In this document: positions 18,787 through 29,437 of the stretch, in pieces
How positions within the stretch are numbered: the stretch's first letter is position 1
Layout of the letters: each line of letters begins with the position of its first letter
NCBI GenBank assembly: GCA_041666045.1
Contig: JBAYHR010000002.1
Coordinates: forward strand, 18,773 to 82,772
Direction: 5' to 3'
DNA from: Minisyncoccota bacterium
GTDB taxonomy: Bacteria; Patescibacteriota; Minisyncoccia; Phycocordibacterales; UBA9973
Length of the DNA: 64,000 nucleotides
Notes under the pieces: model-generated
Databases searched by the model: none
What the model saw: the letters and a program-made list of their open reading frames with translations, nothing else
What the model was told of the DNA's origin: nothing
Translations under genes and position numbers: made by a program

Positions 18787-18886
18787 TTTTCCACACAATA
18801 TTGTGTTTTATTTTAAGGCATTATATAATATATGAGTCGTTTATTATTAAAATTTAACAGTTTTATTATTAGTTAATTAAAAAATT

Positions 18887-19930
18887 ATGAAAAAATATAT
18901 ATTAATCATGTCGTTTATTTTTGTGTTTGTTTTAGGAGGAGTATTTATGCTTTCTTCTAAAAATGCAGAAGCTGTAGTTGATAATAATCCAACTGTATTA
19001 AAAGTAAGGTATATTACTTCATGGACTCCTTCTGCTGGTGAAGGTATTAATTATGATCTTCAGGTTTTTGAAGGAACTGATACATCTAAAGCTCCAGTTG
19101 TTTTTAAAGAAGGTTTAACAACAACATCTTTTGATTTAACTGAATCTTTGCTTTCAGGTAAAACATATAACTACAGAGTTAGAGCAAGAAATCCTTTTGG
19201 TTACAGCGGATGGAGCGCTTTGACTTTAGTAAAACCTATTTTTACAACAGATGTTGCAAAATCAACAATTGCAACTACCCTTTCTGCTTTTTCTGGTTAT
19301 GATGTTGCTTCTGTAAAAGCTAAGTTTTTAAAATTTGATGCTGTAGCAAAAGCAAAAGCTGTAGCGCAAGTTGCAGTTTCAGCAGCTGACACAGCAAATA
19401 AAGCCCTTATTATTTCTGCTAAGGCAGTTATAGCAACCGACAAAGCTTTTAGTTTAAGTTCTACTGTTGCAAAAAAGACTGCTCTTAAAACAGCTTATAC
19501 TGCTTATAAAGCAAAAGATTTAAAAGCTTATACTGCAGTTGAAAAAGCAAATATTGCGCTTAAGGCATTAGATAGAGCTATGGCAGTTTTAACTGGACAA
19601 ACAAGTTCAGGAACGGGAACTGTCACTTTAAATTCTATGGCCAATACTATTACTATAGAAAATGGATTATCAGTTTTTCCTTTAATTAGCAGGAATTGTG
19701 GAGATCCAAGATTTTGTTTTACATCACCTTTAATTGATCCGATTTCATCATATTTAAGTGAGACAGCTAGAGAAGTGTTAAATTTAGAGTTGCCGATTGG
19801 AGAAGTTAAATCAGCAACAGATTGTGGGTGTGGACTTAACAAAAGTTGTTATACTTGTGAAAATGGTACTAGGGTTTGTGACGAAACAAAGTGTAAAGGT
19901 CCTTCCACTAAGGAAAAGCCTACATCCTAG
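18887..19930 (+). CDS. Secreted/anchored protein with an FN3-like module, an Ala/Lys-rich repeat region and a Cys-rich tail, hypothetical
   Basis: Signal anchor. YNYRVRARNPFGYSGWS resembles a fibronectin-III motif. C-terminus CGCGLNKSCYTCENGTRVCDETKC. Confidence 0.6.
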   Translation: MKKYILIMSFIFVFVLGGVFMLSSKNAEAVVDNNPTVLKVRYITSWTPSAGEGINYDLQVFEGTDTSKAPVVFKEGLTTTSFDLTESLLSGKTYNYRVRARNPFGYSGWSALTLVKPIFTTDVAKSTIATTLSAFSGYDVASVKAKFLKFDAVAKAKAVAQVAVSAADTANKALIISAKAVIATDKAFSLSSTVAKKTALKTAYTAYKAKDLKAYTAVEKANIALKALDRAMAVLTGQTSSGTGTVTLNSMANTITIENGLSVFPLISRNCGDPRFCFTSPLIDPISSYLSETAREVLNLELPIGEVKSATDCGCGLNKSCYTCENGTRVCDETKCKGPSTKEKPTS

Positions 19931-20021
19931 ATACTTAATAAGTAGTTAAGAACCATTCTTATTACTAAAAAGTTGAAGTTATAAAAAATTATTATTAACT
20001 AATTATAAAATTAAAAAAATT

Positions 20022-20489
20022 ATGAAAAAATATATTATCGTTTCAATTATCGTCGCAGCGTTATTTATAGGAGGAAGTATTGGGATTACTAGAGCTTTAA
20101 CAGCAACACAATCAAAATTTATAGCAAAAACACCTATTACATTAACAAATTCTTTTTTTGCTAAAAATCTGGCTGATACATTAATAGCAAGGGGAGCTTC
20201 AACCTTACCAAGTGTAACTTTAGTTGGGATCATTAGTGATGCTATAAAAAATATTAGTGATTTTACAGGAAAAACAATTACTCCCGTTATAGGACAACAA
20301 CCAACAGGTAGTGGAAGTGGACAAGTATATAAAAACTTTTTGTTTACTATGTATAATTTACAAGGCCAGGTGGTAGGTTGTATGTCTTGTGATTGTAATT
20401 ATAATGCTGATGGTTTTGTTGATACTGGAAGTTGCACTGGTTGTTTTCAAAGTGGTGCTCCTGCGAGTGGAAGTTGTGCCCAGTCTTAG
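20022..20489 (+). CDS. Small secreted Cys-rich protein, hypothetical
   Basis: Signal anchor. C-terminus GCMSCDCNYNADGFVDTGSCTGCFQSGAPASGSCAQS. Confidence 0.5.
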   Translation: MKKYIIVSIIVAALFIGGSIGITRALTATQSKFIAKTPITLTNSFFAKNLADTLIARGASTLPSVTLVGIISDAIKNISDFTGKTITPVIGQQPTGSGSGQVYKNFLFTMYNLQGQVVGCMSCDCNYNADGFVDTGSCTGCFQSGAPASGSCAQS

Positions 20490-20533
20490 ATAAATAAAGT
20501 TCTGTTACTTTTATTAATATTAAATAATTTTTA

Positions 20534-20567
20534 TAAAAAAACCCAAGATTATTCTTGGGTTTTTTTA
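20534..20567. terminator. Bidirectional terminator (acccaaga-ttat-tcttgggt with A-run and T-run)
   Basis: Perfect 8-bp stem between convergent genes. Confidence 0.7.
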
Positions 20568-21215
20568 ATAAGTTATTATTTTAATTTCTACTTTGTATTT
20601 TTGTGCACCAAGGTAATCAATGTCTTTTATCCTTTCTCTTCCAATCCCATTTTTAATAAGATAGTGGGTAATATTTTTAGCAATTCTACTGGAGGTTTCT
20701 ATATTATAATGGTATTCATCATATGGTTCATATGCCCAGATTTCTATTTTAATTTGATTCTTAGACATTAGTTCATGAAGTGCTTCCATTGAGATATGGG
20801 CTGACTCTTTATTATTAGTAGAATTTCCATAGAAATTATTTTTTCCACCGATAATATATTTGCCTCCTTCTTTTAGTTTTTGCAATACAACCTCCTTTTT
20901 TATTTTATAGCCTTTTTTTTGTAGTTCAGAATATTTAATTTCTTCAACTTTGAAAAAATAATTTTCTTTTAAAAAAACAACATAGTAATTATTATTTTTT
21001 TGAGAAGAAATTTTTATGTTATATTCCCCATTTAAATGATTAGAAATTGTCTTAATAATATTGTTGTTTTTTTTGTCTTTAAGTATTATTTCAGCGTTAA
21101 TAGGAACATTATTTTCATCTTTAACTATTCCACTGATTTCTAAGGCTTGCTCTTGTGCTTTTGTCGCCATCCCTACACCTAGTGTAATGATAACTAAAAT
21201 ACATTTTATATTCAT
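20565..21215 (-). CDS. Secreted protein with a CarboxypepD_reg-like N-terminal domain and an OmpA-C-like tail, hypothetical
   Basis: Signal peptide ...TKAQ. ISGIVKDENNVPINAEIIL. C-terminus NITHYLIKNGIGRERIKDIDYLGA. Confidence 0.5.
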   Translation of the reverse strand: MNIKCILVIITLGVGMATKAQEQALEISGIVKDENNVPINAEIILKDKKNNNIIKTISNHLNGEYNIKISSQKNNNYYVVFLKENYFFKVEEIKYSELQKKGYKIKKEVVLQKLKEGGKYIIGGKNNFYGNSTNNKESAHISMEALHELMSKNQIKIEIWAYEPYDEYHYNIETSSRIAKNITHYLIKNGIGRERIKDIDYLGAQKYKVEIKIITY

Positions 21216-21320
21216 ATTTTCAAAGATTTTTAAAGGTTAGTTTCTATTTTTATAATACTAAATTTACATCAAAAAGTCAAATTTTAGTATTTTTTTATTT
21301 TTTTGTGATAAAATACAAAA

Positions 21321-22517
21321 ATGCGCGATAAACAAATTGAAAAACTTATTAAATTAGAAGATAAAAGGCAGAAGAGTGTTATTAACCTAATAGCATCTGA
21401 GAACTATGTTTCTAAGGATGTATTACAAGCACTCGGTTCTAATCTTACAAACAAATATGCAGAAGGTTATCCTGGGAGGAGATATTATGGTGGTAATACT
21501 ATCATTGATAAGGTTGAAAATCTTTGTATAGAACGAGCTTTAAAACTTTTTAAATTAAAACCTGAAAATTGGCATGTGAATGTTCAGCTTCTCTCTGGTA
21601 GTCCTGCAAATTTTGCTTTGTATTCTGCTCTAGTTCCTGTTGGTGGAAAAATTATGGGAATGAAATTAACTTCGGGTGGGCATTTGACGCACGGGCATCC
21701 ACTTTCAATGACAGGGAAACTTTGGAAACCAATTCAATTTGAAGTTGATGCAAAAACTGAAGTTATTGATTATGAAAAATTAAAACAAATGGCAATAGCA
21801 GAAAAACCAGATATTATTGTTTGTGGTTTTACGGCTTATCCAAGATTTGTAGATTTTAAAAAGTTTAGAGAGATTGCTGATGCGGTGGTTTACCCTGACG
21901 GCAGGAAGGGAGCAATATTGCATGTAGATATGTCTCATTTTGCGGGATTGGTCGCAGGAGGAGTTTATCCATCACCATTTCAATACGCAGATACTGTGAT
22001 GACAACTACACACAAATCTCTTCGTGGACCAAGACAAGCTATTTTATTTATTAAAAAAGATGCTAGAGAGTTTGATAAAAAATTAGACAAGATGGTTATC
22101 CCAGGACTTTTTGGTGGACCGCATGAAAACAATATTGCAGGTGTCGCTATCGCTTTAAAAGAAGCAATGGCTCCAGCATTTAAAAAATACGCTAAACAAG
22201 TTATGAAAAATGCAAAAACACTAGCAAATGAATTACAAAAACTAGGTTGGCATATTATTTCTGGCGGAACTGATTCTCATTTAATATTGATGGACACATG
22301 GATGAATGGCGCTGGAGTTTCTGGAAAAGACGCAGAAAAAATGCTTGAGAAAGTAGGAATTATCGTTAATAAAAATACTATTCCTCAAGATTCTCGTGGA
22401 GTAATGGATCCTTCTGGTATTCGTCTTGGAACTTGCGCAGAAACAACAAGAGGTAAAAAAGAAAAAGATATGATAAAAATTGCACAGAAAATAGATAAGA
22501 TTTTGAGAAGTAAATAA
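21321..22517 (+). CDS. glyA: Serine hydroxymethyltransferase
   Basis: ASENYVS, TTTHKSLRGPR (PLP-lysine motif). Overall SHMT architecture. Confidence 0.95.
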   Translation: MRDKQIEKLIKLEDKRQKSVINLIASENYVSKDVLQALGSNLTNKYAEGYPGRRYYGGNTIIDKVENLCIERALKLFKLKPENWHVNVQLLSGSPANFALYSALVPVGGKIMGMKLTSGGHLTHGHPLSMTGKLWKPIQFEVDAKTEVIDYEKLKQMAIAEKPDIIVCGFTAYPRFVDFKKFREIADAVVYPDGRKGAILHVDMSHFAGLVAGGVYPSPFQYADTVMTTTHKSLRGPRQAILFIKKDAREFDKKLDKMVIPGLFGGPHENNIAGVAIALKEAMAPAFKKYAKQVMKNAKTLANELQKLGWHIISGGTDSHLILMDTWMNGAGVSGKDAEKMLEKVGIIVNKNTIPQDSRGVMDPSGIRLGTCAETTRGKKEKDMIKIAQKIDKILRSK

Positions 22518-22519
22518 AT

Positions 22520-22951
22520 ATGATTGAAGAAATTAAAAAACCAAAAGTTGGAGTCGGAGTAATGATCTTTAAAGATGGAAAAGTTTTATTTAAAAAAAGA
22601 AAATCTTTTCTTGGAATGAGTGAGTATTCTTTCACTGGTGGACATTTAGATTATATGGAAAGTTTTGAAGAATGTGCACGTCGTGAAACACGCGAAGAAG
22701 CAGGAATTGAAATAAAGAACATTCGATTAAATTATCTTGCTAATATTAAAAAATATAAACCAAAACATTATATAGATATTGGTGTAATAGCTGATTGGGA
22801 GAGTGGTGAACCTCAAGTTTTAGAACCAGAAAAAAATGATAGTTGGGAATGGTATGAAATTGATAGTTTTCCAGAGCCACTTTTTTATCCATGCCAGTTG
22901 GCTTTAAAAAGTTACAAAACCGGAAAAATTAATTATTACGATAATTTATGA
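22520..22951 (+). CDS. NUDIX hydrolase
   Basis: Nudix box GGHLDYMESFEECARRETREEAGIEI. Confidence 0.85.
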   Translation: MIEEIKKPKVGVGVMIFKDGKVLFKKRKSFLGMSEYSFTGGHLDYMESFEECARRETREEAGIEIKNIRLNYLANIKKYKPKHYIDIGVIADWESGEPQVLEPEKNDSWEWYEIDSFPEPLFYPCQLALKSYKTGKINYYDNL

Positions 22952-23637
22952 AAAAAGGACGATTTATTGTTATAGATGGCACGGATGGAAGTGGAAAAGC
23001 TACGCAAGTAGAGCTTTTGATAAAGCATTTAAAAAAGGACGGTAAAAAAGTTAAAGTAGTAGATTTCCCTGATTATTACCAAAATTTTTTTGGTAAATTT
23101 ATTGGGCACTGTCTTTCCGAACAATATTATAAATTTATTCATGTGCATCCCAAAATAGCTTCTGTCTTATTTGCAGCAGATCGTTTTGAATCTAAAAATA
23201 AAATTGATAAATGGCTTAAAGAAGGAAATATCATTATTGCGAATAGATATGTAAGTTCAAATCAAATTCATCAAGGCGGAAAAATTAAAAATAAAAAAAA
23301 ACGACAAGCTTTCATTGAATGGCTTAATGAAATGGAATACGGAGTCTTTAAAATTCCAAAGCCAGACACTGTTTTTTATTTAAGTTTGCCTATAAATATC
23401 GTTCTTAAACTTTTGAAACATCGTGATAGTAGTAAAATGAAAAGAGTTTATTTAAAAAAGAAGAAAGATGTTCATGAAAGTGATGTTGATTTTATGAAGA
23501 ATTCAATAAATAGCGCGATATGGCTTGCGAATACTCAAAAAAATTGGATTAAAATAGATTGTTCAAAAAATGGAGAGATTTTATCTCGTTCAGAAATCCA
23601 TGAAATGGTTTATGAGAAAGTTAAGAAGATTATATGA
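22948..23637 (+). CDS. tmk: Thymidylate kinase (dTMP kinase)-like
   Basis: P-loop FIVIDGTDGSGKATQ. DR motif AADRFESK. Overlaps its neighbours by 4 nt. Confidence 0.75.
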   Translation: MKKGRFIVIDGTDGSGKATQVELLIKHLKKDGKKVKVVDFPDYYQNFFGKFIGHCLSEQYYKFIHVHPKIASVLFAADRFESKNKIDKWLKEGNIIIANRYVSSNQIHQGGKIKNKKKRQAFIEWLNEMEYGVFKIPKPDTVFYLSLPINIVLKLLKHRDSSKMKRVYLKKKKDVHESDVDFMKNSINSAIWLANTQKNWIKIDCSKNGEILSRSEIHEMVYEKVKKII

Positions 23638-24059
23638 AAATAAAAATAAAAAAACTAAAAAAAGATGCGAAATTGCCTACTCATGGGCATCCAGGGGACG
23701 CAGGGATAGATTTTTATGCTGTTGAAACAGTTGTTTTTGTTCCTCATAAACAAAATAGAGTGCCAACTGGTATTTCTGTAGAAATTCCAGAAGATCATGT
23801 AGGTTTGATTTGGGACAAGTCTAGTATTTCTTTTAATAAGGGTTTGAAAGTTATGGGTGGAGTTATTGATTGTGGTTATAGAGGAGAAATATTTATGAGT
23901 CTTTTGAATACATCTGACGAAGAAGTTGTAATAGAAAAAGGGCACAAAATTGCTCAAATGATAATACAAAAATTTGAACATTGTGATATTGTGGAAGTTG
24001 AAGAACTTTCAGAAACTATTCGTGGTGATGGGCGAGAAGGCAGTACGGGACATAAATAA
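23634..24059 (+). CDS. dut: dUTP diphosphatase
   Basis: dUTPase motifs: GDAGIDF, GVIDCGYRGE, RGDGREGSTG. Confidence 0.9.
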   Translation: MKIKIKKLKKDAKLPTHGHPGDAGIDFYAVETVVFVPHKQNRVPTGISVEIPEDHVGLIWDKSSISFNKGLKVMGGVIDCGYRGEIFMSLLNTSDEEVVIEKGHKIAQMIIQKFEHCDIVEVEELSETIRGDGREGSTGHK

Positions 24060-24060
24060 T

Positions 24061-25809
24061 ATGATAGAAGAAAAAATTAAAGATTTAATAAAAAATGCAT
24101 TAAAAAGTCTCAATATAGAAGTTGAGGAAATTTTACTTGAACATCCAGCTGATTTGAAAATGGGTGATTATTCTACAAATGTTGCGATGTCTCTTGCAAA
24201 GAAGGAGAAAACAAATCCAAAAGAATTAGCAGAAAAGATTGTTATTGAAATCTCAAAAAATATTCCAAAAGAAATAGAAAAAATAGAAGTTAAAAATGGA
24301 TTCATTAATTTTTATTTATCACATGAATTTTTTACTAAAAAAATAGAAGAAGTTTTGACTAATAAAAATTTTGGAGGTAATGATATTCTTTCTAATAAAA
24401 AAATAATGATTGAGTATACTCAACCAAATCCTTTCAAACCTTTTCATATAGGGCATTTAATGTCTAACTCTATCGGAGAATCACTTTCAAGACTTTTTGA
24501 GGCGAGTGGAGCGAAAGTTATAAGAGCAAATTATCAAGGTGATGTGGGTCCTCATGTGGCAAAAGCAATTTATCAAATTTTAAAAGATAAAAAAGATATT
24601 ATAACTGTTACTACTTTAGATAATTCATCTACAAATGAAAAAGCAAAATATATCGGTGAATGTTATGCAAAAGGAAATGATGCGTATGAAAATGACGAAA
24701 ATGCCAAAAAAGAAATAGATGAAATAAATAAAAAGATTTATGAAAAGTCTGATGAAGAAATAAATAAAGTTTATGATTGGGGACGAACCATTACATTAGA
24801 AGCATTTGAAGAAATATATAAAGAGCTTGGTACAAATTTTAATTATTATTTCTTTGAAAGTGAAATGGCTCCAATTGGAAAAAAAATAGTAAAAGAAAAT
24901 CTAGATAAAGCCGAAGGTCCTGAGAGTAGCCGAAGGATTTTTGAAAAATCAGATGGTGCCATAGTTTTCCATGCTGAGAATTATGATCTGAAACTTCACA
25001 CTCGAGTATTTATTAATTCTCAAGGTCTTCCAACATACGAAACAAAAGAATTAGGTTTGACTGAGACGAAGTTTAAAAAAGAAGATTTAGATATTTCTGT
25101 TGTGATAACAGCGCAAGAACAACAAGATTATATGAAAGTTGTGACAAAAGCGCTGGAGTTAATAGATCCACAAAATGCATCAAAAATGAAACACATTGTT
25201 CATGGAATGATGCGTCTTACTACTGGTAAAATGTCTTCTCGAAAAGGGAATGTAATAACAGGAGAATCTTTAATAGAAGATTCAAAAGCAGAAATTCTTA
25301 AAAAGATACAAGATAGAGATTTTACTGATGAAGAAAAAGAAATGGTTGCATCATGGGTGGGAGTATCAGCGCTTAAATATTCAATATTAAAACAATCAAT
25401 CGGTGGAGATATTATTTATGATTTTGAAAAATCAATTTCTTTTGAAGGTGATTCTGGTCCATATTTGCAATACGCATACGCGCGCGCTAAATCAATTATA
25501 GAAAAAGCTAGTGGGGAAGAAATCGTTCCAAGTTTTATAGATATGCCGGAGGAAATTTCTGAAGTAGAAAAATTAATATATCGTTTTCCTGAAATAGTAC
25601 AACATTCTGTGGAAGATTATGAACCGCATTACATTGCGAATTATTTGATAGAGCTTTCGCGCGCATATAATACATTTTATGGAAATACAAAAATAATAGA
25701 TAAAGATGATGCAACTTCACCTTATAAAGTGGCAATCACAGAAGCATTTTCTGTAATAGTAAAAAATGGTTTAAATCTTCTTGGAATTCAAGCGCCAGAG
25801 AGGATGTAA
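24061..25809 (+). CDS. argS: Arginyl-tRNA synthetase (the ATG at 24061 is in frame within the 23974 ORF)
   Basis: PNPFKPFHIGH class-I signature. An Add-1-like N-terminal domain. The DALR-type C-terminus ends in ...PERM. Confidence 0.9.
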   Translation: MIEEKIKDLIKNALKSLNIEVEEILLEHPADLKMGDYSTNVAMSLAKKEKTNPKELAEKIVIEISKNIPKEIEKIEVKNGFINFYLSHEFFTKKIEEVLTNKNFGGNDILSNKKIMIEYTQPNPFKPFHIGHLMSNSIGESLSRLFEASGAKVIRANYQGDVGPHVAKAIYQILKDKKDIITVTTLDNSSTNEKAKYIGECYAKGNDAYENDENAKKEIDEINKKIYEKSDEEINKVYDWGRTITLEAFEEIYKELGTNFNYYFFESEMAPIGKKIVKENLDKAEGPESSRRIFEKSDGAIVFHAENYDLKLHTRVFINSQGLPTYETKELGLTETKFKKEDLDISVVITAQEQQDYMKVVTKALELIDPQNASKMKHIVHGMMRLTTGKMSSRKGNVITGESLIEDSKAEILKKIQDRDFTDEEKEMVASWVGVSALKYSILKQSIGGDIIYDFEKSISFEGDSGPYLQYAYARAKSIIEKASGEEIVPSFIDMPEEISEVEKLIYRFPEIVQHSVEDYEPHYIANYLIELSRAYNTFYGNTKIIDKDDATSPYKVAITEAFSVIVKNGLNLLGIQAPERM

Positions 25810-25852
25810 TTTCTTCTTTTAAAATGAAAGATTTTTTGCTAGTATAGAAAAT

Positions 25853-28800
25853 ATGTCTGAAAATGAAAATAAATTGGCAAAATCAGAATTGGCTCAAAAA
25901 GAAGAGCGTATTTTAAGTTTTTGGAAAGAAAATAAGATTTTTGAAAAATCTTTAGAAAAAGAAGCCCCTAAAGGAAATTATGTTTTTTATGATGGTCCAC
26001 CATTTGCTACAGGAACTCCTCACTATGGTCATATATTAGGAAGTACAGCAAAAGATGTTATTGGACGTTATCAAACAATGCGTGGTTTTTGTGTTCCTCG
26101 TCGTTGGGGATGGGATTGTCATGGTTTGCCAATTGAAAATATTGTTGAAAAAGATTTAAATATTTCTGGGAAAAAAGCTATTGAAGAACTTGGCATAGAT
26201 AAATTTGTTGAACATGCTCGCAGTAAAGTTTTGACATATGTTGGCGAATGGAGAAAGACAATTGATCGTATGGGTAGATGGGTAGATTTTGATAATTCAT
26301 ATAAAACTATGGATAACACTTTTATTGAAAGTGTTTGGTGGGCGCTTGGAGAATTAAATAAAAAAGAATTACTTTACGAGGGAGTGAGAGTTCTCGCATA
26401 TTGTCCACGTTGTGAGACACCAATCGCTAATTCTGAAATTGCGATGGATAATAGTTATAAAGACATAACTGATATTTCTGTTTATGTAAAATTTAAATTA
26501 ATTAGTGAAGAAAATACATATTTACTTGCATGGACTACAACTCCTTGGACATTACCTGGCAATACTGCAATTGCGATTAATAATGAAATTAATTATATAT
26601 ATGTTTCTCATACTCCAGAAACAGGTAAAGAAATTTTAATTCTTGCAAAAGACAGATTTGATTCATTGAAAGATAAATTTACAAATCCAGAAATTATAAA
26701 AGAAGTAAAAGGGAGTGAATTAGTAGGTATGTCTTATGAGCCAGTATTTAATTATTACAAAAATACTGATTTGCCAAATAAAGAAAATATTTGGAAAGTT
26801 TGGCACGCAGATTTTGTTACTTTAGATAAAGGGACAGGAATTGCGCACGAAGCGCCTGCTTTTGGTGAAGAAGATATGGGGCTTGCTAAGGAAAATAATA
26901 TTCCATTTATTCGTCATGTTGAGCCAAATGGTGTATTTACAAAAGATGTCGCAGATTTTGCTGGGATAAAAGTTAAACCAAAAGAAGATGGTCAATCAAC
27001 AGATATTTTAATAATTAAATATTTAGCAAAAAAAGGAAAGCTTTTTTCAAAAGAAAAAATAATTCACTCATATCCACATTGTTATCGTTGTGAAACACCT
27101 TTGCTTTATTATGCTCTACCTTCTTGGTTTGTGAATATACAAAAAGTTAAAAATGATTTATTAAAAAATGCTGAGTCTATAAATTGGATTCCGTCTCATT
27201 TAAAAGAAGGACGTTTTAAAAATATAATGGAAAGTGCTCCAGATTGGACTATTTCACGAAATCGTTTTTGGGCAAGCCCATTACCTATTTGGAAATCTGA
27301 ATCTGGAAAAATAATGTTTGTGAATGGAATTGAAGATTTAAAATCAAAAGTTAAAAAATCTGGGAATAAATATTTTGCTTTTAGACACGGAGAAGCTGAA
27401 AATAATGTGAGTAAAGTTTATTTAGAAGATTTACATGGTAATGCTAATTTAACAGAGAAGGGGAAAGAACAAGTATTAGAAACTGCCAAAAATTTTAAAG
27501 AAAAAGTTGATATTATTATATCTTCTCCATTTAATAGGTCAAAACAGACTACAAAAATAATTTGTGAAGAGATTAATTTTCCATTTGAAAGTGTTATCTA
27601 TGACAAAAGAATTGAAGAATGGAAAACTAGTTCTATTTTTGAAGGGCAAGATAAAGCAATTTTTGAAAAATATTATTGTGAAGATTATTTAGATAAATTA
27701 GAGGAAGTTTTACCTAATGCTGAAAGTTTCGCACAAGTTATTAAACGTGTTGGTGATTTTATTTATGATATAGAAAATAAATATTCCGGGAAAAATATTC
27801 TTATTGTAGGACATCAAGGGGCTACAAGAGCTTTAAGTTTTTTGGTTAAAGGTTTAGCTTTTAATGATTTATCTAATAAAAATGATTTACTTATCTCTTT
27901 AAAAAATGCAGAAGTTAGAGAGTTTGATTTTGTTCCGCTTCCTCATAATCATAATTATGAATTGGATTTACATAGACCATATATAGATTCAATTGTTCTT
28001 GTTGATGAAAAAGGCGAAGAATATAAAAGAATACCAGAAGTTGTAGATTGTTGGTTTGAATCTGGGTCAATGCCTTTTGCTCAAGATCATTACCCATTTG
28101 AAAATTTAGATTGGAAGGAGAAAAATTTCCCAGCTGGTTTTGTAGCAGAATATATTGCTCAAACAAGAACTTGGTTTTATTATACTCACGCTATATCTTC
28201 AATTTTATTTAACGAAGCTCCATTTAAAAATGTGGTTACAACAGGAACTATTTTGGCGGAAGATGGACAGAAAATGTCAAAGTCAAAAAATAATTTTCCA
28301 GATCCTTGGATTTTGTTTGATAAATATGGAGTGGATGCGCTTCGTTTTTATTTAATGTTTTGTCCTGTGATGAAAGGGGAGGATATTAATTTTTCAGAAA
28401 AATCTGTTCAAGATATTTCAAATAAAATAATAAATAGATTTAATAATGTTATATCTTTTTATGAATTATATAGAGATGTAGAAGTAGAAGATATAAAGGC
28501 TAGAGTAGAAAGTAAAAATATTTTAGATCAGTGGATATTGGCTCGTTTAGATGAGCTTATTGCTCAATCAACAGATGGAATGGAAAAATATGATATGGCA
28601 CAAGCTACAAAGCCATTTGAATTATTTATTGAAGATTTATCTACTTGGTATTTACGTCGTTCTAGAGATAGGTTAAAAGATAACAATAAAGAAGCAAAGA
28701 AAGTTTTGTATTTTGTTATTAAAACTCTTGCAGTTTTGATGGCACCATTTACTCCTTTTATATCAGAAGATATATGGCAGAAATTTAAAAAGGAAGGTGA

Positions 28801-29332
28801 TTTAGAAAGTATTCATTTGAGTAATTGGCCAGAATCTAATGAGATAAATTATGAAGTAATAGAAAATATGGAGCAAACTAGAAAAGTAGTTTCATTAGGG
28901 CTTGAAGCTCGTCAGAAAGCTGGATTGAAAGTGAGACAACCATTAAGTAAATTACGAATTAAAAATTACGAATTAGGAATTGAATACACAGAACTAATTA
29001 AGGACGAGTTAAATGTTAAAGAAATAGAAGAAGATAAAAATATTGAAACTGAAGTTGTTTTAGATGTAGAAATTACTCCAGAGTTAAAAATAGAAGGAGA
29101 TTATCGTGAACTTATCCGTGCTATTCAAGATATGCGTAAGAAAGCTCTATTAACGCCAAGTGATGTTATTTCTTTAATTATTGAAGCAAACGATGAAGCT
29201 AAAAAATTAATTCAAAAATTTGAAACTGAAATAAAGAAAATTGTTCTTGCTTCAGAAATAGAATTCAAAAATAATAATGGACAAGAAATTAAAATAGACG
29301 AACTTGTATTTAAAATAGAAATAATAAAATAA
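25853..29332 (+). CDS. ileS: Isoleucyl-tRNA synthetase (type-2-like) with an inserted histidine-phosphatase-like domain (aa ~495-697)
   Basis: PHYGH (HIGH), WTISRNRFWASPLPIW, LHRPYID, KMSKS, editing-domain TTTPWTLPGN. The insertion carries RHGE...SSPFNRSKQT...LIVGHQGATRAL. Confidence 0.9.
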   Translation: MSENENKLAKSELAQKEERILSFWKENKIFEKSLEKEAPKGNYVFYDGPPFATGTPHYGHILGSTAKDVIGRYQTMRGFCVPRRWGWDCHGLPIENIVEKDLNISGKKAIEELGIDKFVEHARSKVLTYVGEWRKTIDRMGRWVDFDNSYKTMDNTFIESVWWALGELNKKELLYEGVRVLAYCPRCETPIANSEIAMDNSYKDITDISVYVKFKLISEENTYLLAWTTTPWTLPGNTAIAINNEINYIYVSHTPETGKEILILAKDRFDSLKDKFTNPEIIKEVKGSELVGMSYEPVFNYYKNTDLPNKENIWKVWHADFVTLDKGTGIAHEAPAFGEEDMGLAKENNIPFIRHVEPNGVFTKDVADFAGIKVKPKEDGQSTDILIIKYLAKKGKLFSKEKIIHSYPHCYRCETPLLYYALPSWFVNIQKVKNDLLKNAESINWIPSHLKEGRFKNIMESAPDWTISRNRFWASPLPIWKSESGKIMFVNGIEDLKSKVKKSGNKYFAFRHGEAENNVSKVYLEDLHGNANLTEKGKEQVLETAKNFKEKVDIIISSPFNRSKQTTKIICEEINFPFESVIYDKRIEEWKTSSIFEGQDKAIFEKYYCEDYLDKLEEVLPNAESFAQVIKRVGDFIYDIENKYSGKNILIVGHQGATRALSFLVKGLAFNDLSNKNDLLISLKNAEVREFDFVPLPHNHNYELDLHRPYIDSIVLVDEKGEEYKRIPEVVDCWFESGSMPFAQDHYPFENLDWKEKNFPAGFVAEYIAQTRTWFYYTHAISSILFNEAPFKNVVTTGTILAEDGQKMSKSKNNFPDPWILFDKYGVDALRFYLMFCPVMKGEDINFSEKSVQDISNKIINRFNNVISFYELYRDVEVEDIKARVESKNILDQWILARLDELIAQSTDGMEKYDMAQATKPFELFIEDLSTWYLRRSRDRLKDNNKEAKKVLYFVIKTLAVLMAPFTPFISEDIWQKFKKEGDLESIHLSNWPESNEINYEVIENMEQTRKVVSLGLEARQKAGLKVRQPLSKLRIKNYELGIEYTELIKDELNVKEIEEDKNIETEVVLDVEITPELKIEGDYRELIRAIQDMRKKALLTPSDVISLIIEANDEAKKLIQKFETEIKKIVLASEIEFKNNNGQEIKIDELVFKIEIIK

Positions 29333-29437
29333 AATTAACCTTGAGATAAAAAACCTTAGAAAAAGGCAATCCTATTGCAACTATTGATGATTCTAGGGAT
29401 TTATTGCAAACAATTCAGAGTGTGTTAAAATAACATT

